NCBI GenBank assembly: GCA_011109175.1
Contig: RDEW01000003.1
Coordinates: 1,759,494 to 1,823,493, forward strand
DNA from: Dicyema japonicum
Lineage: Eukaryota > Animalia > Dicyemida
Direction of reading: 5' to 3'
DNA length: 64,000 nucleotides
Shown here: positions 62,759-64,000 of the stretch, piece after piece
How the letters are laid out: each line of letters begins with the position of its first letter
Numbering within the stretch: the stretch's first letter is position 1
Made by a program: the position numbers and the translations under genes
The notes under the pieces: generated by a model
Database searches by the model: none
What the model was told of the DNA's origin: nothing
Seen by the model: only the letters and a program-made list of their open reading frames with translations

Positions 62759-62919
62759 AGTTCTGCAGTGAATATCCACTGATGACGGCGTCACTGGTCA
62801 AGCCCTTTTTAGCATCGTAGATGTGTGGAACTTTCCACCAGGAGAGAATCGAACCCATCGAGAATCGAACCCGTGACCTAAGCCACTTTGCCCCACACCT
62901 AACCACTATGCCACCCGGC
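62759..62919 (-). mobile_element. tRNA-derived SINE, best-preserved copy
   Basis: Minus strand GCCGGGTGGCATAGTGGTTAGG (A box), then GGGTTCGATTCTC (B box, tandemly duplicated), then the conserved core. Confidence 0.75.
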
Positions 62920-62956
62920 TTGGCCCCATGTGGCTAATTTAATTGAAAATTCTAAT

Positions 62957-63235
62957 GGCGTCATCGAATCCACCTTACTCAGGATGCACCCTACTGCTGC
63001 CTGGCATTCAAAATGATCCATCTCTTTATTCCATTGAGACCCAAAAAGGATCTCCCTTCCCTTGACAATCGGAGGATAATGGTGGATATTTGGAATGCAC
63101 GAGATGCTAGGTAATGATACACCCTACTACGACCAGAGCTATATTGGATGAAATATCTTGTCTCTTTTCTCGTGAGCTTTGAAGAAGTGACGGACTTAAG
63201 AGACGTATGAAACTGGAATTTCTTAACAAGGGATG
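62957..63235 (+). mobile_element. Degenerate short non-autonomous Vingi-like element
   Basis: The head GGCGTCATCGAATCCACC is homologous to 14550. The body (ggaggataatggtggat) resembles 2900-2920, and the element ends gaaactggaatttcttaa (ETGIS*). Confidence 0.55.
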
Positions 63236-63424
63236 CTTCGAATTTCATCTAGCCCAAAATTGAAGGAATATGACCAAGTTTCATGTATAGATCGAGGGTA
63301 CCCCAAGGCGGGGGTTTATTGGGGTCGGGTTCGACTGTACTAATTTATTCGACAATTGATCTTAAAATGGGATAAAATGAACTTTTTGAGATCAAAAAAA
63401 TGTTAAGGGATATTATATAATAAA

Positions 63425-64000
63425 TTTATTTATTTTATTTATTTATTTAATAACCCCGGGAACACCGAGAAGGAAAGACAAAAGAGTCAGACAGTTAGGT
63501 GATACCAGTCCTCGCACTCACTTGTGCCATTCGACGTCTGTGATCTTCCATCGTCCCCACTACTTTCCGGAAGAGCCTTCTCTCGGTCTTGCAGAGGAAT
63601 CCGATCGGGGAGGGGAATTTCTTATCCAATCGGTTTTCTCTTGCCATGGGAAGGATCAGGCGAAGCGGATTTCCATCTTCCTCACAGAGGCGAAGAAATC
63701 CGGAGCCACGACTACGGATCTTAGCTTCCATAGTAGTGGGTCGACTGTTGATCCATTACGTGGGGAAAGCATACTGATTGTTTTCCGGTATATCGAGTTG
63801 ATTCTTTGGACCAAAGACTCCGATAGCCCGAATCTCCATGCAACGGCATACTCAATGGCAGGCGCGATTGTTTGTTGGTAGGTGTAGAAACGGAAAAGTC
63901 CATGTTCCTCGTGGTCCTCCGAACAAGGGCGCGTATAACGTTAACTTTCTGGAGGCCCCTGGTGATCATGTCTGTTGCGTGGGAGTTGAATTTGAGAAGG
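63425..64000 (-). mobile_element. Young Vingi-like LINE copy, 3' part (continues past window end)
   Basis: Near-identical reverse complement of 22160-22740, with small indels. Confidence 0.92.

Noticed and set aside
62777-62800. CTGATGA in the SINE core as a hammerhead ribozyme
   Set aside because: No stem II followed by GAAA, and it lies antisense to the Pol III promoter.

Overview
AT-rich eukaryotic, almost certainly animal, genomic DNA. Six compact host genes sit in a dense field of mostly decayed transposable elements. The genes are S-adenosylmethionine synthetase, a tetraspanin, a MARVEL-like 4-TM protein, an alpha-catenin-like gene, alpha-actinin and PACS. Nearly all of their introns are ultra-short (about 21-31 nt) GT-AG introns, many at ancestral animal positions, a pattern reported for dicyemid mesozoans (taxon not proven from sequence). 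The dominant element is an Ingi/Vingi-like APE-RT LINE. Its one full-length copy (17726-22740, split by a Ginger2 transposon) begins with an HDV-like pseudoknot and encodes a 2A peptide (GDVETNPGP). The same pseudoknot, with compensatory base changes, heads a family of roughly 230-290 bp non-autonomous elements. Also present are CRE-like RLE retrotransposons (one complete, with a PHD finger and an 11-bp TSD, nested in a pogo element), RTE fragments, hAT, pogo and MULE DNA transposons, and a tRNA-derived SINE. Single-base indels in conserved genes suggest residual assembly errors. All alignments were done by eye from remembered family sequences; TE fragment boundaries are approximate.
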